Positions 17,899-31,258 of a stretch of DNA of 64,000 nucleotides are shown here, one piece after another. The notes under the pieces are model-generated. The model was not told the origin of the DNA and ran no database searches. It saw only the letters and a program-made list of their open reading frames with translations. A program made the position numbers and the translations under genes. Position 1 is the stretch's first letter; every line of letters starts with the position of its first letter. The DNA comes from Macrostomum lignano (lineage: Eukaryota): contig NIVC01000290.1 in the NCBI GenBank assembly GCA_002269645.1, positions 1 through 64,000 on the forward strand, read 5' to 3'.

Positions 17899-19718
17899 AT
17901 GCAGGCAGTGCAGGACCAAGTCGTTGCGATGCCATCAACTACAATGACTGAGACCCCCAGCACCGGAGCGCTGGTGACGCAGGTCCTGGCCGCGGCTGCC
18001 AGCGAGACCACAGCCCACGGGCTCAGCAGGCTAGCGGGCCAGAGGCCGCTCTACATCAAGCTCTGCTGGCTGCTGGCCTTCCTGGCCTTGCTCGCTGTGT
18101 TCACCTTCAGCATGCACGGCTTCACAAGCAAGCTCGTCAGAGGCGAAGTTAGCACTTCCTACGAGGCGGAGGCTGTGGACTTCCAGTTTCCCGATGTGTA
18201 CTTCTGCAACAATGTCCAGGTGTCGGGCACCTACTCCATTACGCTCGCCAGCGAGGTCGTCGCCGAGATCAACGCCAAGATGACCGCCTCGTTCGCCACC
18301 TTCGATTCGGCGCTGCAACGGCTGCTCAAATCGTCGCTCACGAACGCCACCGAGTCTCAGATCGAGCAGATGAAGCTGCACAGACTGAAGTCCGCCATCC
18401 AGTCAATGCCGTACAGCTTGCTGGTGGACCATCTCGCTCACAAGGAACAGCAGACGGTACTGAAGAATGACAGCAAGTCGGGCGTCTCCCTCAGACCCTT
18501 CTACCACCGAATCACCTCAAGTGTCTCAAGGTCGAGCTGACCGAGCAGAGACTCGCTGAGCTGAGCAAGGTCAACTTGGAGATCAGCTTCCAGTTCATTC
18601 TGGATCCGTACTTCACCGACTTTTATGTCGCATTGAAGATCTGGACGTATTCGCAGGTAATGAGCGTGACCGTCGCGCTGTACAGAAACCTGACTGCATA
18701 CCAGGTCGACTGGGACCTGGACTCGCCCTACGAGATCGACAGGCCGATGGGAATGAGGCTGTACCTGGCTCCTCGAGGCGAGTACCCGAGCAGGTTCGTG
18801 ACCAACTTCCTGCTCGCTCCCGGCAGGTCCTACAGCATCGGGCTCAGCATGCAGAGCATCAAGAAGGAGCCCGAGGCGTACGGCGGACGCTGCCTGACGG
18901 AGGCTCCCGACGTGCAGTTCGTCAATCCGTACGACGGCTCGGCGTACGCGTTCGGCTACAGCAACAGCTTCTGCTACTTCTCAGAGTTCGCTCGGCAGCT
19001 GTCTGTGAACGGTAGCTGCAGTCCGTACGTGAACCCGCTGCCGTGGCAGTTCAGGCACCTGCGCTTCTGCCTGAATGCGAGCGGCCTGAACGAGTCTCAG
19101 ATCGAGTCGAACCTCCTGCAGGCGTTCACAGCTGACACGGCCGCGCTGAGCGACTTCCAGCAGCTGTGCCAGAGCAGGCAGCTGTGCGTGTCACGAAAGT
19201 ACGAGACCAGCACCTCCAGCGCGAACTGGCCCAACGAGAACGGGCAGATCCGGCTTGTCACGGACATCATGAAGCCCATCTTGGATGGCTCTCCCAATGT
19301 ATCGAGACCCGCTTGGAGTGCAATATATTCCAACATAATTTATTACCTTACAATAGGAGAGCCTGACATCTCTGCTGCAGAAGCTCTGGCCAGCAAGTTC
19401 TTCTCCCGCTCGGGCCTGGAGGTGACGCTGCGCAGTCAGCAGTCGCGCAGCTCGCAGATCCGGCTGTCGCCCGGCTACTCTCTGCAGACGTTCATCGCCG
19501 ACATGGGCGGCACTGCGGGCATCTACCTCGGCTGCAGCCTGCTGAGCCTGTGCGAGCTCGTCGAGCTGCTGTACAACCTGATCGCCAAGACCCGAGGGCA
19601 GCGAAGCTCCAGCAACATCGTCCGCGTGAGGCCCGCGCCACCGACGGCCAGCAGCTCGGGCACGCCGGACTGCAGCGAGGTGGAGCTGGGCGACAAGACG
19701 GCCGAAAAGGCAGCTTGA
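17899..19718 (+). CDS. DEG/ENaC channel subunit 2, intronless, with one apparent -1 frameshift at ~18507 (start at 17899 or 17929)
   Basis: ETTAHGLSRL (HG motif), TM1, FPDVYFCN. Adding one C gives FYHPNHLKCLKV and joins the two ORFs. WPN motif; TM2 DMGGTAGIYLGCSLLSLCE. Confidence 0.88.
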
Positions 19719-20257
19719 GGACTCGCCTCGGCTGACAATTCTTGGATTTGACAACCTGATCTCCAACTGTTTACGATCTTTTTCCGCGAGTATTGACTTT
19801 CCTGACGTTTATTTCATCTTTTCATTATTTCTTTATTTCATCGTAGAGCTCTCATCAGTCTCCTGTTTGCGAATATTTTATGCAGTTTAAGCTATCACTA
19901 TATCAAATATTTCTTGTTTTGAATAGTTCCTCTCTTTCCGTTGTCTATTCTTCTTTGAGTTTGGATGAGTTTTTATCAGCTTCTGTCAGTGTCTTTAAAG
20001 CTGCTGTAGCTAGGGCGAACCGTCTGGCAGCTTCAGTGCCTGAGCCCTTCGGTTCGTGCCGCGCAATCTGCTGAGCGAGCGAGTAGTGCTGAGCCATCTG
20101 GCGCGGGCGGGCAGCTATCTGCTCCGTTTTCCCGCTCCTTGCGATTTGGCTCTTCGTTTGCCCCTTGGGGTAAGGGACAGGCGCAGACTCTGTCCAACTC
20201 TGTTTGTGAATCGCATGTGAAGGTGCGAAAACTTCACCTCCCATTAGGCGACTGGGT

Positions 20258-20520
20258 CACTTAGGACTAGACTCGCTTAGGACTAGACTCGCTTAGGACT
20301 AGACTCGCTTGGGACTAGACTCGCTTAGGACTAGACTCGCTTGGGACTAGACTCGCTTAGGACTAGACTCGCTTGGGACTAGACTCGCTTAGGACTAGAC
20401 TCGCTTAGGACTAGACTCGCTTAGGACTAGACTCGCTTAGGACTAGACTCGCTTAGGACTAGACTCGCTTAGGACTAGACTCGCTTAGGACTAGACTCGC
20501 TTAGGACTAGACTCGCTTAG
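20258..20520. repeat. 16-bp minisatellite (cttaggactagactcg)n
   Basis: Direct inspection. Confidence 0.95.
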
Positions 20521-21197
20521 CAGTGGATCTCTTACCTTCTTGGTACAATGTACATCAGCGCAGAGGGCCAAGCTCTGGTGCAGACGTCTGCAGACTGTTT
20601 TTCTCTTAGGGCTCTCTTTGCCAGGGCAGTAGACGTTGTAGCGTGACTGCTTCTCTCTGTCCAGCGAGGTGTACCTCATTTGGATCCTGTACGCCTCGCA
20701 GAGGAAGGCATGGATGTTGCTGAGCAAACTCATTCCCCTTTGCCTGACCGAGTTTCAGCTACTGAGAGTAGCCAGCGTGGCAACCTACGAGTAATTCTCG
20801 GCGGGTGGAAGAGGCATGGACTTCGGTGCCAGTGTGGACTGTGAGTGTGAGGGTTGCACATCCCTTTAAAATAAGCGCAGCCTACAGTAAGCCAAGGCAG
20901 AGTGCCTGTAGGCAATTTGATGTAAGCCGCTGGCCTCTGAGTGCAATCAGGTATCTGACTCCTCATCCTCTCTGTTGCCGCATGAGACGGCTTTTCAGGG
21001 CACATTAACTCGGTTTCTGACTGGATCAACACCTGTCAAGACTCAGGCAAAAGAGCTTGAGCAGCGCAGGGAGTCTAGCGGGGCGCCTGGCTGCAGGTAC
21101 GTCGCTGGTCCGTGGCTGGCTCAGTGGCTTCGACCTCAGTCTTTACCCAGCATGTTACTAACCTCAGTAGTTTGTTCCGCAAAGGTTACAACGCGTC

Positions 21198-21610
21198 TCT
21201 GGGGAGATTAGTGTGCGTCTCAGGGGAGATTAGTGCGCATCTCAGGGAGATTAGTGTGCATCTCAGGGAGATTAGTGTGCATCTCAGGGGAGATTAGTGT
21301 GCATCTCAGGGAGATTAGTGTGCATCTCAGGGAGATTAGTGTGCATCTCAGGGGGATTAGTGTGCATCTCAGGGGGATTAGTGTGCATCTCAGGGGAGAT
21401 TAGTGTGCATCTCAGGGAGATTAGTGTGCATCTCAGGGAGATTAGTGTGCATCTCAGGGAGATTAGTGTGCATCTCAGGGGAGATTAGTGTGCATCTTAG
21501 GGGAGATTAGTGTGCATCTCAGGGAGATTAGTGTGCATCTCAGGGAGATTAGTGCGAGTCTCAAGGGAGATTAGTATGCATCTCAGGGAGATTAATGTGC
21601 GTCTCTGGGG
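21198..21610. repeat. 21-22-bp minisatellite (gggagattagtgtgcatctca)n
   Basis: Direct inspection. Confidence 0.95.
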
Positions 21611-22157
21611 AGATTGGTGAGCGTCCAGCTCTCTTTTGCCGGCGTGAAGGCGCCGAGAACCTGCATTGGAAATCTCATTACCAGATTATGCGAGAATAGA
21701 AACTAAGAAACCCCATCCCGCAGACGGATCTGCAGAGCCAGGACACACGTGAAGAGGTTGTTGTCCCTGAATAGAGACAAGATGCGTGGGACTGCATAAT
21801 CGAGCAGACTGTGGGAGACAATGGATGCTGGGAATTCAGTTTTAAGGGGGACTTGATGCTAAGCTAGGATTCCTCATTTCTTGAAGGGCTTGAGCTCTTC
21901 CTGATCCACGTGCAATACAAATGCCTTTGAATGGCTGAAGTTAGCCTAAACTGAAGCTGCGAGTAAAACAAGGACTTGAAATTTTCATAGAAACACTTCA
22001 ACCCAGTCTCGCCGTCGAGATCGATAGCTTGGGCGCGACAGGAAGGAGTTTCGCTCCGCATCGGTGAGCAGCCGCCAGCCTCCCGGCCAGCGCCAACCCC
22101 CAAGCCTTCATAACCCGTGCCTGGAGCCTCTCACTTGCTGCAGGTTTCTCACCCAGC

Positions 22158-24381
22158 ATGCTGCCAGGCTCTGTCGCAGTGCTGCTCCTCGGCTGCTGCA
22201 GCCTCGCAGCCGGTCAGGCAATTTTTCGATCGAGGATTCTGTGCAGCACCGACTGCTTCAACATCAGCGTGACGAGCCAGGCAGCGGCCTACTCTGCCAG
22301 CGTCTGCCACGGCCTCGGAATGCAGCAGCTGGGTCAGGACAGCCTCGAGCTGTTCGTTCAGCACCTCCCACAGCTAACAAGGTTGGAGTGACATTTGAAC
22401 GTGAACATTTACACCCACGCGATGAAGGATTAGAATTACTTTTGCTTCATAGTAATCTTAAGCTGAATTCCGCGTTTCAAATGAATTTGTCCGGGCACTC
22501 CTAGACACCCCCTCGTAGTTCCATTTGGCTCCGAGCGCAGGTTGAGCCAGAGAGGCCAAGTTGGGGCAGTGCGAGCCAGGGGAATCTGATACTAAAATCT
22601 CCCAAGTTTTTACCCCCAGCCAGGCCGGACTCCAATGATTTGCTTGCATCCGGCCTTTTCTCCCTAAATCCCTTCGGTGCAATTCTGACATTTCCTTTGT
22701 TTATCTCGGCGTTTTTTTGTGTCGCGATCGACTTTGACCAGACCGTCTGCGCTGTAAAATATTTCACTTGGCGGTCAGCTGCAGGGGCTTCTGGCCGCAA
22801 GCCGATGGGCGCTTTACTGCCGCTTGGAAGTGCGGCCAGAGGGCACGTGCGGTCTGCTAGTTGTTTAAGTACCATCTACCGGTACTTGCAGGGCAGTGTA
22901 CCTCAAAGCTATTCGGGATTTAGTTAAAGGCCCAGCGTTACTAAAAAGAGCATTAGCTGATTTACCAGGTAGAAACTTTGTAGAATGCATGACATCGAAT
23001 TGGGTTTTATCTAAGTCTCCAGCGTAGTTCTTCAACTTCAAAACTGATGAGCTAACTCAGACCTTATAATTTTGGAAGTGTCAAAGCTTCATCGGAGCCG
23101 TACAAGTGACTGTGATCGCATCGAACTCTTCCCCACTTCTCACCCTATGCTCCTTGAACCCCGCAGCGGCCTCAGCCAGTCCCTTGTACTGGACTGACGC
23201 CACGATGGCTCCGCGGGCGTCGCCGGCGGATCGCGTGTTCGTGTGGCGCAACCAGACCAGCCAGCTCTACGTCTCCCCGGCCGCCGTGCTGACCGGATCC
23301 AAGTCCTTCAGCGATCCGGACTCATCCCGACAGTGGCTGTGATAACCAAGAACACGAAAAACAGCAGAGACTGGCAAGTGAAGAAAGTGACCAAAGGCGA
23401 GGGGCTGCCCATCTGCATGTGCACCTGCCCAAATCCGGCAGCGGCCTGCTGCAACCAGGTGTCGGCGTACTTCTGCAGCAGCGCGAGCGGAACAAATTTC
23501 TGCTTCCGCGTGATAGTCGACACTGCGAGGCCGTACCTGGAGGTCGCGTCCTGGTGTGGCAGGATAGCAGGAGAGATCCCGCTGGACCTGAGCGAGGACG
23601 GATCGGTCGAAGCCTTCAGCAAGTAGGAGCTCTTTAGTTTTAAGCAGCTTGGCATGTCCCTTTGTCCCTTTTAAATAATTGCACCGATTCACATTCGATT
23701 CCAACTGGAATTTGCAGCGTGTTCGACTCGCTCATCGATCCGTGCCATCCTTGCGTGCTTGCCTATGAGGAGTCGCCCTATCGCTTCAACGGCGGCCACG
23801 GTGCCAAGCTACAGATCAAGACTATGAGCCTGGTGGACGGCTACCTGCAGAAGAAAGTCTCTGAGTCCAAATGGGGCATCGTTGCGGTCCGAGACTCGGC
23901 TACGCTCGCCTTCTCCGGCCTGCAGGAGGTGGACACCTCGGCTAGTAGTGCTCAATTTGTCTGCGCCATTCCGGCTGAGCCAGAAACGACAACCACAACG
24001 CTATTAGCAACAACGCCCTCAGTGACTGTAGAGTCCACAGCAGCCACCTTAACAACTTCAATATCCTCAACAACAGGAACTTTGACGACACCAGCTGCAA
24101 CAACATCTACAACACCTTCAATAAGATCTTTAACAGCACAAACAACTGCACAATCGACAGACAGGATGACAGCATCCACGGAAGAGTCCGTAACTACCCC
24201 AGGTACGCAGCCGGCTCCAGCCACTCAGAAGTCCCAAGAAGAATTGATCGCTAAGAATATTCAAACTTACGAGAGTTCAAAACAGAAAGCCATTGTCTAT
24301 CTCCTACCAGCTCTGTTTATGGTCCTAGCACTGCTTGTGATTTACTACTTCGGAAATCTGGCATTCACTCAAGGTGTCTGA
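22158..24381 (+). CDS. Type I membrane protein: signal peptide, C-type-lectin-like Cys modules, Thr-rich mucin stalk, C-terminal TM. Exons ~22158-22381, ~23070-23622 (frameshift ~23317), 23718-24381
   Basis: Signal peptide MLPGSVAVLLLGCCSLAAG. CTLD-like stretches (YFCSS..TNFCFRV...EVASWCGRIAGEIP; QFVCAIP). Poly-T/S stalk; TM AIVYLLPALFMVLALLVIYYF. Intron 23623-23717 is phase-consistent. The first intron's boundaries are uncertain. Confidence 0.65.
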
Positions 24382-25495
24382 GTCGCATTGCATGAAAAGT
24401 CCCAGAGGAACAATGACTCTTTCTGGAGCTGCTTAACACTAGTGTATGAAAATCTTTGAGATACTTCCAACTTTTTTGAAGCTCAGTAGATTTTCTGAAA
24501 CAATTATACCAGCTTTGCAGATCTGTCAATTCACTCAGCCATCTGGCTGGCGGTTTGAAATGCAGTTTGTCAAGCTGCCTGTTCATTGTCTGCCTGTCTG
24601 TCTCAATGCTATTCAGCACACAGCACTGTTCAATTGGCTATATAAGCGTATACTGACGGCTCAAGACTATCACTTGGCAGCCACTATTACGCTGGATCGA
24701 TATTCAGTCCAGGCAAGGGCAGGGCCGATCCTCACCAGTCTTGAAATGCTTGCGGTGCCGAACCAGACTTTTCGCTTGCGATCCCAGAGAGCTTATGCAA
24801 GTTTTTTTTAATCCTGCAGTACCACAGAAAGAAATCAAATTTTAACACAGAAATTGGACAAAAGCAGCGATGATTAACATGGCTGAGGCTGCGAATTGTG
24901 CAGCCAATCGATGCTAGAAAGCGGTTTTATTCTGTGGCATTTCCGACACTCAATTTGTAAACACAGCGCGCAGGAAGGCGCTTATTAAAAAAATTGTTTG
25001 CTGTTTAGAAGCCGGCTGCGGTCGATGCGCTGACATTTCTCTCAGGTCCGGGGCAGTAAAGTTGGCGCAGAAACTGGCTGTTAAATCGGGATTACACCGG
25101 AATCAACCTTCATAAGTCGGACAGAACCAACACGACTGAACTAGAAGAACCATCCTATGATTGATGCAGAGACCAAAGCAAGTTGTCAAATCAGTCCTAT
25201 AGATGAGACCTAAGAGTAAGCAGGATAAAGCATTTCAAAGCGCGAACTCGAAAGGGATTAAATCTCTTTGAAAAAATTCGAATGGGATACAAGATGAAGC
25301 TGGAAACTCGTGGGAGGGTGCGAGCTCTGGTCTAATAGCAAAGTAGGCGCTTTGAAACTATTCGTATCAATATAAATATCAGGCAGTTCAATCCTGGCCT
25401 GTTGTACGGACAGCTTAAGATAAGGCGCTTGCAGTTACATGCAGAATAAAAAAGCCAATGGCGAAGGTAAAAAGCTTGTTAATATGCCGGACAGT

Positions 25496-28400
25496 CTAGA
25501 AAACATTGGACTTCTTTCTTGGCTGCAGCAGCACCGCTGTCATCTGCTCCAGAACCTCCCGTTGTTGTCGCAGCTCCTCGCCCTGATCGTCCAGCCAGTT
25601 TGCTGCGGCCTCCTGGCGCCGAATTACCTCGGCCAGCTGCTGCTGCATAGCCGCGCCCTCCTGGCTGAAGTCCTCCGGTTCCAGACCGACACCGTCTAGC
25701 TTAGGTCGCAGCTTGCGCAGCGTCACGGACTGGTAGAACAGATAGAACAGGTATACAAAGTTCCGCTGGTTCTGCACCAGCACTTCGATCAAGGAGCGGC
25801 GACCGCTGCGGCGGCGGCAGCAGGAGAGGCGAGACAGAAGCCACATCAGAAAGTTGCGGGTCTCCAGCAGAATATTTAGCGGGGCTGGCAGGGCGGAGCG
25901 CTTGAAGAACTCCTGGTTGAGGTCGTATCGCTCAAACAGCCACAAAGACTTTGACTCTGAGTCCACCATGTCGATGGTTTTGCTAAACATGGCCACGATG
26001 ACGTTCAGAAGAAGAACCTGCACAATAACGATGTAGGCCACCATCAGTACGTACGGCACCAGCACGTTTCCGGGCGACTCCACGCACTTCTCCACTGAGT
26101 CCTCGGGCTCACCGTTTGTCTCATTTCTCTTGCACACGTTCTGCATATCGTCGAGGCCGTATTCGCCTGCATGGAAGGCAAAATGCAGTTTAACTTAATA
26201 TTAACACCAACTACCATTCAATTACAAACGCAAAATTTATCTGAATTTTTTTCGAAGGTTACAAGAAACGTCCTAAAGCCAATAATGAATGATTTAACTG
26301 ACATGTAGACAAACTGTAACAAAAATCCTGGTACCTAGTTCAGCATACCCTGCATGTGCATGTAGATACGTCATCGAAATTGATTCTGGCTGGCCCACTA
26401 AACTCACCGACGATCGTATAGAAGGTTCGATGGAACATTTCGATGAGGATATCATAGGCGGGAAGCTGGATAGCCTTCCCGTTACTGCCGATGTATTGAC
26501 CGTTCGGCCAGAGCAGGGCATGGAATGCGATGCCAAAGCCCAGCATGATGACGAAAAGGATGTATAAAAAGGGAATGAAGTCTTTCTTGATCATCAGCGA
26601 CAGCATCTTCAGTTTGACGCCCACCGACTCCAGCACAATCGAGATAAACAATATGCGTATCCAGAAGATCAGAGTGGTAACGACAATTAAGATGTAGCAC
26701 ATGTCCTGTGCAGCCTTGCCGTGGCCAATGACGTACGTGGACAGGCGAGATGCGGGGCTGAACTGCCTGGTGACGAAAGCCAGGAAGCCACATGATATGG
26801 CTACCAGGTCGATAGCGTTCCATCCGTCTGATATGTAGACTAGCAGCGTCTCCTCCTCGCAAGCTGCAATCATCTCTCGCAACTCTTCAACGAAGATTCC
26901 AAGCAGGGCAAAGTAGCAGAAAATCTCCGTGCTACTGGCGGTGCCTTGGAAGTCGTGCAGGATCATGGAGGACAGCAGGCTCACAAATACAAAGTAAAAT
27001 ATGGCGTGCAGGCGGAACTTCACGCAGGGAGTTCTGTAGAACAGCAGCATCTCCTTCATGTAGTCCACGGCACGCACCATCAGGCCATTGTGGCGGTGTG
27101 GCCTGTGGACTTCGTCCTCTTCGGTTGTCAGCTTGTTATTTTTACCAGAAACTGGCAGCAGTTGCACGAGCTCCTGTGCCTTCTCTTGAGCTTCCGTGTC
27201 GTTCTGTAAAATAGCAGCATGGCAGACAGTGTCAGTTGGGTCATTGAGAACCGTCTCGAGGAAGCTGCGCGTGCCGGGGCGCCGATAGCGTTTGATGAGG
27301 CGTGGCAGAAGCAGCATGAACGGAGGCAAGAAGCCGGACACAATGACCAGCTCGCGCGTGAGGACGCTGCTAAAATCGAAAAAGTCGCCGTACCAATTTT
27401 TGTCCGTAGCCAACTCCACGATGTCCAGCTTGATGAATTCGCTTGCGCAGCCTCGGGCCGAGAGATCCAGGATGTTATAGCCGGCATAGTTCGGCAATGG
27501 TAGGCTGACGTAGCTAATGGTAAGACTGTTGTTTGGCGAGTTGTCCACTTCCTTGACCTCTTTAATGACCTGGATGGCCATGCCCTCGCAGATTTCCGCT
27601 ACTCGACCGGCTTTGTCGACGAAGACGTCCTCGATGTCACGCCGATGGCTGAGTGAGCGCAGTACGGTCGTGGCGAGCAGAGCTAGCGGTACCAGATCGA
27701 ACTCCTCTTGGCGAAGCAGAGTCGGCACGAGTCTCAGGCGCCCAGTGAGGATGGCCCACATTACGAGCGATTGTAGCGGGTCTCGCATTGGTCGCTTATG
27801 GCAGCTACTGTCCGGGTTGTCGCTACAGCTGTCTTGCATGTCAAACATGAGGGGACGCTTGCTGAAGGACCAATAGGATGTGATTCTAGCCAGAAACTTG
27901 TTCATCTTGACAAAGTCGATTTTCACACCGCTCTCGTCGGTGCAGTTACGACGCAGCAGCTCGCGCACTCCAGCCTTCATTTTGCGCAGCGCCTTGGCAT
28001 AGAGATGGTCGATGCTTAACTCGATGTGGCGAGACAGAGATGACCAGAGGCTGCGATTTGCTACAAGGCGCTGCAAAAGTGGCTCATTCTGTGGGAACAG
28101 TACCAGCTGCACCACCTTCCAGGCGGCGCGACAAAGTATTCCTGAGCTCTCCAGATCCGCGCGAAGCCCAGCATTGAAAGCCTCCTGCAGCTCGCGAATC
28201 AAACGGTCGGCATCCACTTTTCTCTTGGTGATGACGGACTCCAGCATCTCCAGTTGCATGCACCGATCCGCTTCTCTGATCTGCGCGGCCAACTTTGAGC
28301 TGCAGAGACCGTCAATGTGCAGCAAGTGGTCCAGGTAAGCGCCACCTTCGCGGGAGCTGACAATCTGAGCCATGTTCTCTGCGTTGACAAAGTGACGCAG

Positions 28401-29075
28401 GTCGCGGATGATCTGCCGGCCGAGGCAATCAATGCCGGAAGTGTCGCCAGTCTCAGTCAGAAGGTCGATAGCTGTTTTTCCGTTGGCATCCATCACATTG
28501 AAGTCGGCCCCGTGCCGCAGCAGCAGCGCCAGCAGTTCCGGATTCTCGCACAGGGCGGCAATGTGGAGCGGCGTGTTGCCACTTGCATTTTGCTTGTTGA
28601 CGAACTCCGGGCCAGCCTTCACAACAAGTCGCGCCGCGTGACAGTCCTCAGCAAAGCAGGCCACGTGGAGCGCCAGATCACCGTAGGCATCCTCGAGGCT
28701 GCAGTCGGCATCGTGGCTCAGAAGCTCACGAACTATTTCCAGCTGCTTGGCTGCCACCGCCAGGTGCAGAGGCGTCTCCTTGGCCTGGTTGGTGGCGTTA
28801 ACGTCGGCGCCGCGGTCCAGCAGCAGGCGCAGACAAGCAAGTTTATCGCTACGCGCGCACACGTGCAGCACCGAGTCCCCGTTGCGCGTCCGAGCTCCGA
28901 TTTCAGCCCCAGCGTCCAGGAGCCGGCCCAGCGCGTCCAGAGAGCCTTCGGCGGCAGCAGCGTGAATCAGGCGACGACCGTTGGTGGCGTCGGCCAGGCC
29001 GTTTGGCGTTACTCCCGGTGATGCCATGAAGTCCGCCAGGGTGACCGTCGGCTCGTTCACTGCAAGATGGTCCAT
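25496..29075 (-). CDS. TRPM-type cation channel with N-terminal ankyrin repeats. Exons 29075-26408, 26166-25496 (1112 aa)
   Basis: Five full ankyrin repeats plus a partial sixth (ETPLHLAV, GNTPLHIAA). TRPM MHR4-like PLQSLVMWAILTGR...LALLAT; WYG; FYRTPCVKF; six TM segments; pore IVG|EY; LLLNVIVAMFS; TRP helix WLFERY...FKRSALPAPL; C-terminal coiled coil. Phase-1 GT-AG intron. Confidence 0.93.
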
Positions 29076-31258
29076 GGCTGCACTTTATCTCTGCGTGTCA
29101 GCCTGTGCTGCGGCTAAATCAGTTTTAATTTATAAACTAATTGCAGGTCTTCGAGTGTCTCTTCTGCTATTAGACTTCAGGCACTGGCTATCGGGCGTTT
29201 CCACCAGCGAACCCTCCAACTTGCCTGCCAATGGCCAGCCAGATCAGCCCGGGTTTCCTCCAAGTCCCGGGGATTGGCGGCCTTGCGTATGGCTGCCTGC
29301 ACTCCGCAATGCTCCTCTGTCCGGGAGCAGGCCAGCAGGCAAGGCACTGCCTGCAGAGGGAATCTGGAGGGGAAGGCAGCGACCAGTCGGGCCAGAGCTG
29401 AACGCGAAATCGATAGTGCAAAGACAAGGGGGCGCTGCGAAGCTGCCTGGCCAGGGCGCGCTAGTGTTAAAACTGTCCGTGAATGATGGAGCACGCAAGA
29501 GGCTGGTCCTGGGGATCCCGGGACCCCGCCGCACTCCCAGTCCCATCCATTCCCCCCAGGTGGGATGAAGGTGAAAAAACTTCGAGCTTCAAATTGCCCG
29601 AGGGCAAGAAGCTGTGCAGACGATGCAGCAGACAGCAAAAATCCTCTGCGCAATGGGGGGGAAACTCCCCTGTTTCTGGTTGCCTTGCCTCGTACCACAG
29701 CAGATGACAAAAGTGCCTCGGTTGACCTTTGCGAGATTTTATTGAGATTGAATTTTTGCTGGAAGATGGCGAATTCGAAATTCAGTTGTTCTAAAGACTC
29801 ACTGAAATATTAAACTAGATTGTCCCAATGCTATTAACAATTCGAATACAAATTACTTTAAGATGTCGACCAAGATTCTAAGAAAAGAACGCCTTGTTGG
29901 GGTCGCTCATAACAATGGCGAATCAAGGAGCCATTGGGAACCATGGTCCGTCTCAAATTAAATATGGCCAAAAAGTTGCGCCACTCATTTTTTCCTTGTT
30001 GCTGCCTCCATTATATTTGGTTTTAATCGCTTGGTGTAGCTTGACAAAGGTTAGAATACACTTTATATTGCCTGACAGTTTATTAGTCCAAACTGCCTAC
30101 TGACAGTAGATGACATAGTGTGTTATATAAGCTCCAGCGTCTCCGAAAATTATTAAAATTTCATAACAAGTGCAGTGTAATTTATGGGCCTACCACTTTT
30201 GACCATGGACTACTCAAGTAGAAGGACGGTCGGAACTGCGTTTCTTGTAACATTTTAGGAGGCAGGTTTTTTCCGAAAAAAATACACTACGGAGATGGAA
30301 AGTTTTCTGCACAAAAATTGTTAATGCTTTTGATAGGAAGCAGACCCAATGTTCATCTTTTGATATGTTGTGCCTCTCTTATAGCTCTATTGACATTTGT
30401 AAAGCTTTTCGTTTCAAAAAATTAGGATTCTTTGTTAATTTTGTATTCTAAGTACATTCCCTGTACCTAAAAATCATGAAAATGCATGGCACAACTCGAC
30501 TCTTGGCTTTATGAATCCATTTTATCATCTCTGGTAGGCATGTTTTTACAGTCAGCTGAGGCTAATAAAATGGATTCAGAAAACAAATGAGCCATGCCAT
30601 TTCAATGGTTTCTAGACACAGGACAGGTACAATTAATTGTACGTAGGATAATAAAAATCAGAATCAAAATTTTCCCAGAACGTGCATGCAGTTTCCCGTC
30701 CTGCTTGAGTAGCCCAATTGCTTTTGACTACCAGACTTTGACTGAAAAATTGACTGCCAACCCTAATCCTAGGCCCTAACTGTAACCCTAAACTAAACCC
30801 CAACCTAAATTCCAATGGAAAGGCTATGCCGCCCCTTCCACGATCATACTAAGCTGACGCCCTCTTTTCCGGCGACTGCTTTGAGTTCTGACAATTCTAT
30901 AAATATTTTTAGACGCTTAAAAACTACGTTACACTATCCAACCTTCCTACTGTCAGTAGGAAATCTTGGCTATCAAACTGTCAGACATAAAAATTCTGTT
31001 CCTATAAACTCTATTGACCAACACACGTGACACTGCAAAAGTGCAAAAACACTGGAGCCGCGGGGGTGTGCAGCTCCATACAGTCGGCTCCCTGCAGACG
31101 TGCACTTTTGCGAGTTGCAATCTCGCGAGCTGCAGCCCCCCCCCAAAGCAAACTTTAAACTTCAACGGCCCCGCAATAGAAAAAAATCGCGCACTTGCAG
31201 CAGTAAGGAGGGTATGTTAATACATGAAAACTTAGGCTATAAAGCTATAAGCTCTTAG

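Noticed and set aside
28981-29710. GC-rich ORFs upstream of or antisense to the TRPM start
   Set aside because: No recognisable motifs or splice support. Likewise the antisense ORFs over Smad4, DEG/ENaC, the GPCR and Gypsy are shadows of GC-rich coding DNA.
30765-30812. Telomere-like aaccctaa motifs
   Set aside because: Too short and degenerate to call an interstitial telomere.
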